In this document: positions 26,830 through 36,633 of the stretch, one piece after another
Position numbering within the stretch: the first letter of the stretch is position 1
Layout of the letters: every line of letters starts with the position of its first letter
NCBI GenBank assembly: GCA_045539515.1
Contig: JAZQFN010000065.1
Location: 3,429-67,428, forward strand
From: Clostridia bacterium
Lineage (GTDB): Bacteria > Bacillota > Clostridia > UMGS1810
DNA length: 64,000 nucleotides
Direction of reading: 5' to 3'
Notes under the pieces: model-generated
The model's input: only the letters and a program-made list of their open reading frames with translations
The model's database searches: none
What the model was told of the DNA's origin: nothing
Translations under genes and position numbers: made by a program

Positions 26830-28116
26830 ATGAGTTCAAAAAGCATAGGAAAATTTGCAATAGTAATTGTTATTATTGCTCTGCTGGCATATATTGCCGC
26901 ATTTGGCCTTCAGATAGGCAACTTTAAGATTCACAATGTTCTTGATGAAGAACACGGTATTAAGAGAGGCATTGACCTCGCAGGCGGTTCCGAATTGGTA
27001 TTCGAGCCCGGTGACGATGCCAAAGATGTAACAGAAGAAGACATGGAAGCTGCACAGGAAGTTCTCCGTACCAGACTTAGCGCTCAGGGCTATACCGAAG
27101 CTATAGTTTCCAAGCACGGTGAAGGCAGAATCAAAGTAGAAATCCCCGGTAAAGACATTAAGGGTGCCGAAGAGCTCCTCGGTAAGACTGCAAAGCTCAG
27201 CTTCGTAGACTACCAGGGCAACGTGGTACTCGAAGGTGACGACGTTAAGGAAGCTAAAGCTGAATGGGCTCCCAACGGCAGTGGCGTTAACGCAAACATC
27301 GTAACCCTTAAGCTCACCGACGAAGGTGCTAAGAAGTTTGAAGAAGCTACAACAACCATAAGCGCTCTTCCCGAAGGAAGCAACATTATAGCTATCGTTC
27401 TTGACGATGCTGTAGTTTCCTCCCCCAGAGTAAGCACACCTATTACAGGTGGCGAATGCTTTATTGAAGGCGACTTCACCGAAGAAACTGCCGGCACTCT
27501 CGCCAGCCAGATTCAGGGTGGTAAGCTCCCCTTCTCCCTTAAGCTTGCAGAAAGCAGAACAATAGGTGCTACACTTGGTGAAAAGGCTCTCTCCAACTCC
27601 CTCTGGGCAGCACTTATCGGTATGATTCTTGTAATGCTCTTTATGATTATCCGTTACAGAATGTGCGGTTTTGTATCCTGCATTTCTCTCGTAGGCTACA
27701 TCTCCGTAGTTTGCCTTATCCTTGGTGGATTCGGTATTAACCTTACACTTCCCGGTATTGCCGGCGTTATCCTTACAATAGGTACTGCAGTTGATGCTAA
27801 CGTAATTATATTTGAAAGAATCAAGGAGGAACTCTCCAACGGCAAGACCATAAGAGCTGCCGTAGATGCAGGCTTCCACAGAGCATTCACAGCAATCATT
27901 GACTCCAACATTACTACAATCATTGCAGCAGGTGTACTTTACTTCTTTGGTACAGGTACAATCCAGAGCTTTGCAATTACACTCTTTGTAGGTACATTAG
28001 TAAGTATGTTTACTGCTATTACTCTTACAAGATTCTTACTCCGTCAGCTTATGGGCTTCAACCTTAAGAACCCCAAGCTCTACTGCGCATATAAGGAGGT
28101 AAGTAAAAATGCTTAA
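26830..28116 (+). CDS. secD: Protein translocase subunit SecD
   Basis: P1 domain plus C-terminal TM bundle, with GIAGVILTIGTAVDANVIIFERIKEE. Confidence 0.9.
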   Translation: MSSKSIGKFAIVIVIIALLAYIAAFGLQIGNFKIHNVLDEEHGIKRGIDLAGGSELVFEPGDDAKDVTEEDMEAAQEVLRTRLSAQGYTEAIVSKHGEGRIKVEIPGKDIKGAEELLGKTAKLSFVDYQGNVVLEGDDVKEAKAEWAPNGSGVNANIVTLKLTDEGAKKFEEATTTISALPEGSNIIAIVLDDAVVSSPRVSTPITGGECFIEGDFTEETAGTLASQIQGGKLPFSLKLAESRTIGATLGEKALSNSLWAALIGMILVMLFMIIRYRMCGFVSCISLVGYISVVCLILGGFGINLTLPGIAGVILTIGTAVDANVIIFERIKEELSNGKTIRAAVDAGFHRAFTAIIDSNITTIIAAGVLYFFGTGTIQSFAITLFVGTLVSMFTAITLTRFLLRQLMGFNLKNPKLYCAYKEVSKNA

Positions 28117-28975
28117 TAACATAGTAGAAAAAAGATTTATTTTCATTATCATTTCTTTGGTAATTATTGCAACAGGTGTTGCTTGCTACTTTATAAACGG
28201 CGGTTTTAACCTTGATATCGACTTTGCCGGCGGTACAGAAATCATCATTTCCGGCATAGAATACGATGAAGCCAAAATCACCAAGTCCTTAGAATCCATC
28301 GAGGGTGTGGACGTTTCCACAGTACAGAAGACTGAAGATGGCGTACTTGTAAAAACAAAGTTCCTGAAAGATGCACAGAAAACAGCTGTGGAAAATAAGA
28401 TTCCTCAGGACTTTAAAGATGCTAAAATCTCCAGTGTAGACAGCATCAGCCCCTCTATTGGTAATGAGCTCTGGACAAGTGCAGCAGCTTCCATTGCTAT
28501 TGCAGCACTCCTCATGCTCCTCTACATCACATTCAGATTTGAAGTGCTCTCCGGTATTGCAGCAGTTATTGCTCTTATCCACGACCTTCTTATTATGATA
28601 GCATTCTATGCAATATTCCGCATCCCCGTAAATACATCCTTTATAGCTGCTATCCTTACAATTCTGGGTTACTCCATCAACGCTACAATCGTTATCTTCG
28701 ACAGAATAAGAGAAAACTCCAGACAGGCTTCCAAGAACGAAACCTTCTTTGGCGTTGTTAACAGGAGTATAAAGCAGACCTTTGCACGTTCTGTAAATAC
28801 CTCCTTAACAACACTCTTTACACTTGTAGTTCTCTACATTATAGGTGTAGACTCCATTAAGGAATTTGCTCTTCCCCTTATTGTAGGTATCATAGCAGGT
28901 ACTTACTCTTCAGTATTTATTTCCGGTTCCATCTGGGCAATGCTCAAGGGCGACAAGAAAGCTTCCTTAAAGTAA
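28109..28975 (+). CDS. secF: Protein translocase subunit SecF
   Basis: Motifs: DFAGGTE, GYSINATIVIFDRIREN. Overlaps the secD stop. Confidence 0.9.
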   Translation: MLNNIVEKRFIFIIISLVIIATGVACYFINGGFNLDIDFAGGTEIIISGIEYDEAKITKSLESIEGVDVSTVQKTEDGVLVKTKFLKDAQKTAVENKIPQDFKDAKISSVDSISPSIGNELWTSAAASIAIAALLMLLYITFRFEVLSGIAAVIALIHDLLIMIAFYAIFRIPVNTSFIAAILTILGYSINATIVIFDRIRENSRQASKNETFFGVVNRSIKQTFARSVNTSLTTLFTLVVLYIIGVDSIKEFALPLIVGIIAGTYSSVFISGSIWAMLKGDKKASLK

Positions 28976-28995
28976 TAGTAAACTCACTTTACAAC

Positions 28996-29039
28996 AAAAT
29001 CCCCACTCTGCATAATAAAATGCCGTGTGGGGATTTTTT
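28996..29039 (+). terminator. Rho-independent terminator of secF
   Basis: AAAATCCCCAC...GTGGGGATTTT followed by a T-run. Confidence 0.7.
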
Positions 29040-29083
29040 ATATTACTATTAATATAAGACAAGATTAATATCATGATTGCAAA

Positions 29084-29155
29084 GGCATATTTCATATTGC
29101 GTAGCAATATTTCATACGCGTAGCGTATTTCATTTGCCACAGGCAAATTTCATTG
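29084..29155. repeat. Array of four (T/A)ATTTCAT direct repeats separated by three different short palindromes
   Basis: TATTTCAT at 29088, 29108 and 29126, and AATTTCAT at 29146. The intervening palindromes are ATATTGC-GTA-GCAATAT, ATACGC-GTA-GCGTAT and ATTTGCC-ACA-GGCAAAT. Confidence 0.6.
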
Positions 29156-29188
29156 AAAAAACGACTTGTCAAAACAAGCCGTTTTTTC

Positions 29189-29275
29189 TGGTGCCGGTGG
29201 TCGGGGTCGAACCGACACGGTGTTGCCACCACGAGATTTTGAGTCTCGCACGTCTGCCAATTCCATCACACCGGC
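29189..29275 (-). tRNA. tRNA-Leu (anticodon CAA)
   Basis: The minus strand reads GCCGGTG...GGCAGAC...CGAGA-CTCAAAA-TCTCG, then a long variable arm, GGTTCGA and CACCGGCACCA. Class II cloverleaf with encoded CCA. Confidence 0.9.
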
Positions 29276-29344
29276 GTTTATTTAACTACCCAATTATTAT
29301 AACACATTCCTTTACACATTGCAAGATGTTTTTACCATTTATTT

Positions 29345-30694
29345 TTATTGTGTTTTTTTCTTCTTAACTTTCCCAAAAAGGACATAATAACCCACAACAA
29401 GTACAACTGTAGCTCCAAACCATGCTATGGGTTCAGCATAGAAAAGATACATCCTGCCAAACATTTTGGGGAGTAAAATTGCTGCGCCCACACGCATTAC
29501 AAGCTCTGCAACTCCCGAAAACATAGGCACTGTGCCGTTACCCAGACCGCTTATTGCCGAGCGGTAAACATGAAGTATATAGAGTATCGGCAGGAAGATA
29601 CACATTACCCTGAGGTATCCGTAAGCTATATGCATTGTAGCCTCATATAAGTCGGAGCCGGATTCAATAAACAGCGAAAGCACATTTTCGCCAAAGAAAA
29701 TAAGACATACGCCTATTATAACAGAAGTTGTAATGCCTATTATATTGCCCCACCTTACACCAAGAGAAATGCGCTTTATATTTCCCGCACCGAGATTTTG
29801 TCCCACATAGGTAGTAACGGCATATCCATAGGAAATGCCGGCAGTTTCAAGCAGACTGTAGAGTCTTCCCGTAGCAGTAAAACCTGCTACAAACACAAGA
29901 CCAAAGCCATTGGTAACAAACTGCACCACAAGACCTCCGAGAGAGATAATAACATTTTGAAGCAGCATAGGTACACCAAGGTACAAAAGTCTTTTTACAA
30001 GAGCAATTTTCACCTTAAAATACTGTCTGTCAAAGGATACCACATCTATCCTCATAAGACATACAAGAGAATAAAGCGCAGCCACAACCTGAGCAATAAC
30101 TGTTGCTATAACAGCCCCTGCAATGCCCCAGCCAAAGGGCCATACAAAGAGAATATCCAAAACCACATTGGTGACCGAAGCTATAATCATAGCCTTTAAC
30201 GGTGCACTGCTGTTGCCAAGGGCTCTTAAGTGGCAGGCAGCATAGTTATAGGCAACTATTGCCGGGGCGCCAAGATAGTATATGCGCATATACAAAAGTG
30301 CCTCATCCATTATCTCCGAGGGAGTATTTAAAAGCAAAAGCAGAGGTCTTAATATAAGCTGACCTCCCAATGCAAGTATTACAGATATCACGGCCGAAAG
30401 TATAGCAGAATTAGCCATGTTCTTTCGTATGGCATCCACATTATCCGCACCGAATTCCTGCGCTACAGGCACAGAAAAGCCCTGAGTAAAGCCCTGAATT
30501 GCCGACAGGAGCATCCATGTAACCCATGCACCTGCTCCTACTGCCGCAAGGGCATTTACACCTAAAAACTGCCCTACAATGGCAGTATCGGTAATAGTAT
30601 ATAATTCCTGAAATACGTTGCCTGCCATAAGAGGCAGAGCAAATTTAAATAAAAGGGCACCGGAGTGCCCTTTTGTCATATCTTTTGTTTTCAT
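29345..30694 (-). CDS. MATE family efflux transporter
   Basis: 12-TM profile. N-terminus KFALPLMAGNVFQELYTITDTAIVGQFLG. ATG at 30694 (MKTKDM...). Confidence 0.85.
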   Translation of the reverse strand: MKTKDMTKGHSGALLFKFALPLMAGNVFQELYTITDTAIVGQFLGVNALAAVGAGAWVTWMLLSAIQGFTQGFSVPVAQEFGADNVDAIRKNMANSAILSAVISVILALGGQLILRPLLLLLNTPSEIMDEALLYMRIYYLGAPAIVAYNYAACHLRALGNSSAPLKAMIIASVTNVVLDILFVWPFGWGIAGAVIATVIAQVVAALYSLVCLMRIDVVSFDRQYFKVKIALVKRLLYLGVPMLLQNVIISLGGLVVQFVTNGFGLVFVAGFTATGRLYSLLETAGISYGYAVTTYVGQNLGAGNIKRISLGVRWGNIIGITTSVIIGVCLIFFGENVLSLFIESGSDLYEATMHIAYGYLRVMCIFLPILYILHVYRSAISGLGNGTVPMFSGVAELVMRVGAAILLPKMFGRMYLFYAEPIAWFGATVVLVVGYYVLFGKVKKKKTQ

Positions 30695-30695
30695 A

Positions 30696-31208
30696 TCAAT
30701 AACCCAATATACATAACTTAATGCCTGCACCAATGAGGAAAAATGCCCTTAGGGACTCTATGAGGTACTCACCTGCATTATCAAGCTGAAGATACTCATA
30801 TACGCTTTTGACCCATGCTTCAAAGAGATAAATTATAAGTTCTCTGAAATTGGTCTTATCTGCATCGGAGGAAGCCTCGGCAAGAATAAAAATATTCTCC
30901 CATACGCTTCCGTCATATATTTCATCGTACCTTAAAAGATTGAACTCCTTTATGTTATCTGCCCATGCGTTTGCATAGAGCATACCTCCGCCTATAGCGT
31001 TGGAGCAAAGCCCAAGATAGTAGCCTGTGGTGTTGCCCTTGAAAGTGGCTTTGAATTCCTCATTCTTAAGCCACTCCATAGAGTATTTAAGCCCTACCTC
31101 GGAAAGCTCGGGAATCATAATGAGCTCTTCGTCGATATATTCCTTTTCTCTGGCTTTATCCGCCAGAAGCTTTAAAAGATTGTTGAAATATTCTTTACTG
31201 CTATGCAT
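30696..31208 (-). CDS. Hypothetical protein
   Basis: 170 aa with no recognised motif. Its stop abuts the MATE start, so the two appear to form an operon. Confidence 0.5.
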   Translation of the reverse strand: MHSSKEYFNNLLKLLADKAREKEYIDEELIMIPELSEVGLKYSMEWLKNEEFKATFKGNTTGYYLGLCSNAIGGGMLYANAWADNIKEFNLLRYDEIYDGSVWENIFILAEASSDADKTNFRELIIYLFEAWVKSVYEYLQLDNAGEYLIESLRAFFLIGAGIKLCILGY

Positions 31209-31218
31209 ACTGTTTTAC

Positions 31219-32103
31219 CTACTTTACAATTGATACTGCAGTCTGTATGTTGGATATTTCCACTACAGAACCGGTTTTTGCGTGTTCGCCGTCAATGGAC
31301 CAGTCCATATCACCATCAAAGATCATTTCCACGTGCTTACCTTTAACAAACTCAAAGGAATCTCCCTCAAAATTTGAGGTTGTAAGTCCGTTGATAATAT
31401 GAGTAAAATCGTTAATGTTCTTGGGTGTCTTTACAAGTACCATTTCAAAAAGTCCGTCATTCATTTTTACCAAGTCTGAATTAAGCTTTACAATACCGCC
31501 CACAGAGGTGGTGTTGGTAACACTTCCGAAGATATAGTCACCCTCAAGCCGGGCACCGTCAACAACGGTTTTAACGTGGTAAGATACTATTTTGGTAATA
31601 TCCTTTACCCCTTCAAAAACATATGCCAGATGTCCGAATATATTTTTGAAGTTCTGAGATGTATTGTAGGATACAGCCGTAAACACTCCAAAGGATGCAA
31701 TATAGGAAAAATACCTTTCGTTATTGAAGTTACCCACATCTATTGAGTAATGGTATCCGTCCACAATTGCCTTTGCCGCGGTCTTGCAGTCGGTAGGAAG
31801 CTCCAGTGTTTTGGCAAAATCGTTGGTACTTCCTGTGGGGATATACCCCACAGGAATATTTTTGCCGGATTTCAGCAAACCAGTTATTACTTCATTTAAT
31901 GTTCCGTCACCGCCGCTTGCCACAATAATATCCGTATCATCGGGCACATTCTCGGCGATTTCGGTAGCGTGACCGCGATATAAAGTTGTCTGAACCTGTA
32001 CAACGTAGCCTGCTTCGTTAAATATACGAAGCACATCTAAAAGTACCGGCTTAATCTTTACTTTACCCGAAAAGGGATTGATGATAAAAACCATTTTTTT
32101 CAT
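31219..32103 (-). CDS. Diacylglycerol kinase-family lipid kinase (YegS/BmrU type)
   Basis: Motifs: FIINPFSGK, VASGGDGTLNEV, PTGSTNDFA. Confidence 0.8.
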   Translation of the reverse strand: MKKMVFIINPFSGKVKIKPVLLDVLRIFNEAGYVVQVQTTLYRGHATEIAENVPDDTDIIVASGGDGTLNEVITGLLKSGKNIPVGYIPTGSTNDFAKTLELPTDCKTAAKAIVDGYHYSIDVGNFNNERYFSYIASFGVFTAVSYNTSQNFKNIFGHLAYVFEGVKDITKIVSYHVKTVVDGARLEGDYIFGSVTNTTSVGGIVKLNSDLVKMNDGLFEMVLVKTPKNINDFTHIINGLTTSNFEGDSFEFVKGKHVEMIFDGDMDWSIDGEHAKTGSVVEISNIQTAVSIVK

Positions 32104-32137
32104 ATCCGGAAACACCTTTCCTTAAAGGAACACATAT

Positions 32138-33994
32138 TTAAGCATTCTTGGAAGCTGTAACTTTCTTAATGATAATGAGTGCAGCAATGGTAATTACTAC
32201 AAGTATGGGGAATACTACAAACCAGCTTCTTAAAGCTTCGAAGCCTACCATTAAGTATCCGAGGAAGGATATAACTGCAACGGTAATTGCATAGGGAAGC
32301 TGTGTGGAAACGTGGTTCAAGTGGTTACATCTTGCACCTGCAGAGGACATAATTGTGGTATCAGAAATAGGTGAGCAGTGGTCACCGCAAACCGCACCTG
32401 CAAGACAAGCAGACATACCAATGATAAGAAGGTCTGAGCCGGGCTCAAATATAAGGGTAACTATAGGAATAAGAATACCGAAGGTACCCCATGATGTACC
32501 TGTGGAGAATGCAAGCACACATGCCACCAGGAAGATAACTGCAGGCAGGAAGTTTGCAAGTCCGGGAGCAGCGTTTGTCATAGCTGCGTCTACGAATACA
32601 CCGATACCGAGTACATCGTTTGCTACGTTCTTAAGTGCTGTAGCAAAGAAGAGGATAAGAATTGCCGGTACCATTGCATTGAAGCCGGAGGGAACTCTTT
32701 CCATAGATTCCTTGAAGGAAACTATGCCTCTTAAAGCATAGTAGATAATAGTAATAACCAAAGCTATAAGAGCACCCATAGGAAGACCTACTGTAGCATC
32801 TGTATCACCAAATGCGGTTATAAAGTCTGAACCTGCCCAGAATCCGCCTACATAGAGGAGAGAAAGTACGCAGGAAACTATGAGTACCAATACCGGGAAA
32901 AGTAAATCTATAACCTTACCCTTTACATTGGGTGTATCGTCTGTATCGTTGTCAACCGTTTCTTCAGCGCCCTGAAGAGCGAGCTTATTCTGCTTAACCA
33001 TAGGACCGTAATCAAACTTCATAAGCACAAGAGCAATTATAAATACAAAGGTGATAAGAGAATAGAAGTTGTAGGGAATTGCACGGATAAAGAGTTCCAG
33101 ACCTTCACCTTCGGGAGCGTAGCCTGCAACAGCTGCAGCCCAGGAGGATACAGGAGCTATCATACAAATAGGTGCTGCTGTAGCATCTATAAGGTATGCA
33201 AACTTGGATCTGGAAACCTTCTTGGAGTCGATTACGGGACGCATTACGCTGCCTACTGTAAGACAGTTGAAGTAGTCGTCTATGAATATAAGCACACCAA
33301 GTACAAATGTAGCAAGCTGTGCACCTACTGCAGACTTAACATGAACCTTAGCCCACGCACCGAATGCCGCACTTCCGCCTGCCTTATTGATAAGAGCAAC
33401 CATTACGCCCAGTACAATAAGAAAGATAAAGATACCTGCATTACCTGCAAACGAAGGAATAAGACCTACATTGATAACGGTATCTATTGTGTTTACAACA
33501 TTGAAATCTGTTGAGAACAATGCCGCAAGCAATACACCTATAAACAATGAGCTGTATACTTCCTTTGTAATAAGTGCAAGGAGAATTGCAATAATCGGAG
33601 GAGCAATAGTCGCTACCGTTCCGAAATAACGGGAAGATGTTTCAACTTTGCCTTCGCCGCCACACTCACCGCAGGTGATTTCTGCGTATGTGAGTTTACC
33701 TTCGCAGGCTTTACATTCCGAAACTATTACACCTTCACCCTTACAATCTGCACAATCCTTGGATGCTTCATCCAATTTGGAGCAGGGCTCGCAAGAGTTA
33801 ATCAATTTACCTGTGCCCGAACAGGGAATACAATTAGCCGGGTCATCAGGACATACATAACCGCTTCCGCCACATTCGGAGCAAGTTGTAGTGCCGCTGT
33901 TCTTAACGGTTGTTGCAAGGACAACTACTGCAACAAGCATAATCAAAACAGCAACAAGCTTCAAGATTTTGCTTTTGTTCATTTTCTTGACCAT
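32138..33994 (-). CDS. NhaC-family Na+/H+ antiporter fused to an N-terminal TM anchor and a DnaJ-type CxxCxGxG zinc-finger domain
   Basis: aa 38-115 contain CSECGGSG, CIPCSGTG, CADCKGEG and CGECGGEG plus extra CxxC pairs. The remaining ~490 aa are a polytopic NhaC-like domain. Confidence 0.7.
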   Translation of the reverse strand: MVKKMNKSKILKLVAVLIMLVAVVVLATTVKNSGTTTCSECGGSGYVCPDDPANCIPCSGTGKLINSCEPCSKLDEASKDCADCKGEGVIVSECKACEGKLTYAEITCGECGGEGKVETSSRYFGTVATIAPPIIAILLALITKEVYSSLFIGVLLAALFSTDFNVVNTIDTVINVGLIPSFAGNAGIFIFLIVLGVMVALINKAGGSAAFGAWAKVHVKSAVGAQLATFVLGVLIFIDDYFNCLTVGSVMRPVIDSKKVSRSKFAYLIDATAAPICMIAPVSSWAAAVAGYAPEGEGLELFIRAIPYNFYSLITFVFIIALVLMKFDYGPMVKQNKLALQGAEETVDNDTDDTPNVKGKVIDLLFPVLVLIVSCVLSLLYVGGFWAGSDFITAFGDTDATVGLPMGALIALVITIIYYALRGIVSFKESMERVPSGFNAMVPAILILFFATALKNVANDVLGIGVFVDAAMTNAAPGLANFLPAVIFLVACVLAFSTGTSWGTFGILIPIVTLIFEPGSDLLIIGMSACLAGAVCGDHCSPISDTTIMSSAGARCNHLNHVSTQLPYAITVAVISFLGYLMVGFEALRSWFVVFPILVVITIAALIIIKKVTASKNA

Positions 33995-34025
33995 CCTTTA
34001 AATTTTTTTATTTTGAGCGAATACT

Positions 34026-35072
34026 TTATTCGCAATCAAACGAGTAAATAGTTGTGTAGTCATACTTATCTCCGCACTTAACCACAGCCGAGGGGAAGTG
34101 AGAGTAAGATGTACAGTTGGGGAATATCTGGGTTTCCAGAGCTATGCCCTGATAAGCTTCATAGGTAGAGCCGTCCTTAAAGGAATCGGTATTGGATATT
34201 CCCTGACCGGAGTAAATCTGCACACCGGGCTTATCGGTAATAGTTGTCATTGTAATACCGGTCTTGTCGCCGGTAAGGTATGCAACTTCTCTTAAGCCGG
34301 TACCGCGGAGCACAAAGTTATGGTCGTAGCCATTAACCTTTTTAACCTGCTCAAAGTCGGAGAATATGTCCTCTCCCACCTTCTTGCCATCTGTAAAGTC
34401 AAAGGGTGTACCCTTTACGCTTAAGATTTCGCCGGTGGGGATTACGCCCTCGCCTATGGGTGTATAAAAATCCGCATTAAGCTTTAATGTGTGGTTGAGC
34501 ATAGTGCCCGAGTTATGACCGTTCATATTGAAATAGCTGTGATTTGTAAAGTTGATTATGGTATCCTTATTTGCCACAGCCTCATAGTGTATGCGCAAAG
34601 CTTTGTCTTCCAGAGTAAAGGTTACAATGGCATTTAAATCTCCCGGAAAGCCGTTTTCACCATCCGGGCTGAAGAATTCAAAGGACAAGGAATCAGCATC
34701 TTCGCTTTCAAAGCTGCCCTTCCAGAGACGTCTGCCGAAATTTGCCCAGCCGGAATGAAGAATATTTTCGTTTTCGTTGGCTTCACAGGTAAAAACCTCG
34801 CCGTCTATTTCAAAAGTCGCGTTTTCTATTCTATTGGCAAATCTGCCTACGGTCATACCGTGGCAACCCTTATTAACCATATAGCTTTCCAGGGTATCTC
34901 TGCCGAGCAAAACATCCACATCGCCGTTTTTTGTACCGCACAGGGTAAGACTTTTTATTATGCAGCCGTAGTCAAGAAACTCTGCCTTAAGACCCTTGTG
35001 GTTATCTACAGAGTAAAGAAACACATCCTCGCCGGTAGGCAATGTGCCGAACTTTGTCTTAGTAATACTCAT
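34026..35072 (-). CDS. galM: Aldose 1-epimerase (galactose mutarotase)
   Basis: Motifs: GRFANRI, HSGW, TNHSYFN, ETQ.FP. Confidence 0.8.
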   Translation of the reverse strand: MSITKTKFGTLPTGEDVFLYSVDNHKGLKAEFLDYGCIIKSLTLCGTKNGDVDVLLGRDTLESYMVNKGCHGMTVGRFANRIENATFEIDGEVFTCEANENENILHSGWANFGRRLWKGSFESEDADSLSFEFFSPDGENGFPGDLNAIVTFTLEDKALRIHYEAVANKDTIINFTNHSYFNMNGHNSGTMLNHTLKLNADFYTPIGEGVIPTGEILSVKGTPFDFTDGKKVGEDIFSDFEQVKKVNGYDHNFVLRGTGLREVAYLTGDKTGITMTTITDKPGVQIYSGQGISNTDSFKDGSTYEAYQGIALETQIFPNCTSYSHFPSAVVKCGDKYDYTTIYSFDCE

Positions 35073-35219
35073 AAAAACCAATCTTTCCTTTCGTTAATAA
35101 AAGTCGTAAATACACATATATGATAATTTTAACATATTCTATGTAACAAGTCAAACAATACTTTACAGTATTTGACGTTATTTTATTCAATTCTGTAAAA
35201 ACAGATGTTTATTTTAAAT

Positions 35220-35248
35220 TTGACATACGCCTAAAAAAATGCTATAAT
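35220..35248 (+). promoter_or_regulatory. Consensus promoter TTGACA-17-TATAAT for lysA
   Basis: Read directly from the sequence. The leader is only ~65 nt. Confidence 0.6.
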
Positions 35249-35316
35249 TATTCTGTATATAATGGATGGTTGTATTCATTTTGCGTGCACATTACCGCAG
35301 CTATGTAAGGAGGTAC

Positions 35317-36618
35317 ACTATGTTTGCACTCAAAAATTTAAAAATAAACAGTAAGAACCACCTGGAAACAGGCGGCTGTGATACCGTGGAGCTTGCCAAA
35401 GAGTACGGCACTCCCCTGTATGTAATGGATGAAGAGAAAATACGCTCAAATATGCGTGCCTACAAAAATGCCATTGACACCTATTACGGATGCGGCATGG
35501 CTCTGTATGCCAGCAAGGCACTTTCGGCAATAGGTATGTACAAGATTGCCTCCGAGGAGGGCATCGGTGTTGATGTGGTATCCGGCGGAGAGCTTTATAC
35601 TGCCCTTAAGGCAGGTTTTAACCCCGAAAACATATGCTTTCACGGTAACAACAAAAGCTATGACGAGCTTGATATGGCAGTAAAGGAAAATGTGGGCTTA
35701 ATATGCTGTGACAGTCACTTTGAATTGGATATCTTAAATTCCCTTGGTGAAAAGTACGGCAAAATAATTAAGGTTATGTTCCGTATAAAGCCCGGTGTGG
35801 AGGCTCACACTCACGAGTTTATAAGCACAGGTCAGATAGACTCGAAGTTTGGTTTTTCCATAGAAAACGGCGAAGCCGACGAAGTGGCAAAATACGCCCT
35901 TACTCTCGCAAATATAGAGGTTGTCGGTATCCATTGCCACATAGGCTCACAGATATTTGACCTGGAGCCCTTTAAGCTTGCAGCTGAGGTTATGACAAAT
36001 TACTACATTAAGCTTATAAAGGACATAGGTCTGCCCCTTACCACTCTGGACCTTGGCGGCGGATTTGGCATAAGCTATGTTAAGGAAGACAGACCCATAG
36101 AATATCCAGAGTTTATAAAGGCAGTATCTAAAGTGGTTAAGGACATCTGCACCAAAGAGGAAATTAAACTCCCTTACATCCTTATGGAGCCGGGTCGCTC
36201 AATTGTGGGTGATGCAGGTATTACCCTTTACACAATTGGCAATATTAAAGATATCAAGAATGTACGTAAGTACGTATCCGTAGACGGCGGAATGGCGGAC
36301 AACCCTCGTTACATTCTCTACGAAGCCGAGTACGACGGTATTCTGGCAAACCGTGCAACCGATGAGCCCGAGGAGATTGTTACCGTATGCGGCAAATGCT
36401 GTGAATCCGGTGACATCATCATAAAGAATGCCCACCTGCCCAAGGCAAAGGAAGGCGATATTCTCGCCGTAATGTCCACAGGCGCATACAACTACTCCAT
36501 GTCATCCAACTACAACAGACTGCCCCGTCCTGCCATTGTACTGGCTAAAGACGGCAAATCAAAAGTAATGGTAAAAAGGGAAACCTACGAAGACATCATA
36601 AGAAACGATGTCATTTAA
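35317..36618 (+). CDS. lysA: Diaminopimelate decarboxylase
   Basis: Motifs: YASKA, HCHIGSQ, GGGFG, EPGRS, CESGD. AAGGAGG RBS. Confidence 0.9.
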   Translation, partial: TMFALKNLKINSKNHLETGGCDTVELAKEYGTPLYVMDEEKIRSNMRAYKNAIDTYYGCGMALYASKALSAIGMYKIASEEGIGVDVVSGGELYTALKAGFNPENICFHGNNKSYDELDMAVKENVGLICCDSHFELDILNSLGEKYGKIIKVMFRIKPGVEAHTHEFISTGQIDSKFGFSIENGEADEVAKYALTLANIEVVGIHCHIGSQIFDLEPFKLAAEVMTNYYIKLIKDIGLPLTTLDLGGGFGISYVKEDRPIEYPEFIKAVSKVVKDICTKEEIKLPYILMEPGRSIVGDAGITLYTIGNIKDIKNVRKYVSVDGGMADNPRYILYEAEYDGILANRATDEPEEIVTVCGKCCESGDIIIKNAHLPKAKEGDILAVMSTGAYNYSMSSNYNRLPRPAIVLAKDGKSKVMVKRETYEDIIRNDVI

Positions 36619-36633
36619 ATAAGGAGATTATAG

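Noticed and set aside
26836-27879. 347-aa ORF antisense to secD. Similar long antisense ORFs: 11938-12735 opposite argC, 19127-19927 opposite asd, 37250-37711 opposite scpA, 24099-24521 opposite yajC.
   Set aside because: They lie entirely within, and opposite to, genes with unambiguous family motifs. They have odd composition (Cys/Phe/Ser-rich), no RBS and no recognisable domains, so they are shadow ORFs.
29077-29367. 96-aa plus-strand ORF.
   Set aside because: It runs across the ATTTCAT array, the tRNA-Leu gene (antisense) and the MATE gene end, so it is not a gene.
35130-35316. A second lysine riboswitch upstream of lysA.
   Set aside because: The consensus promoter at 35220-35248 leaves only a ~65-nt leader, and none of the L-box blocks (AGAGGUGC, GCCGAAG, CUGUC) are present.
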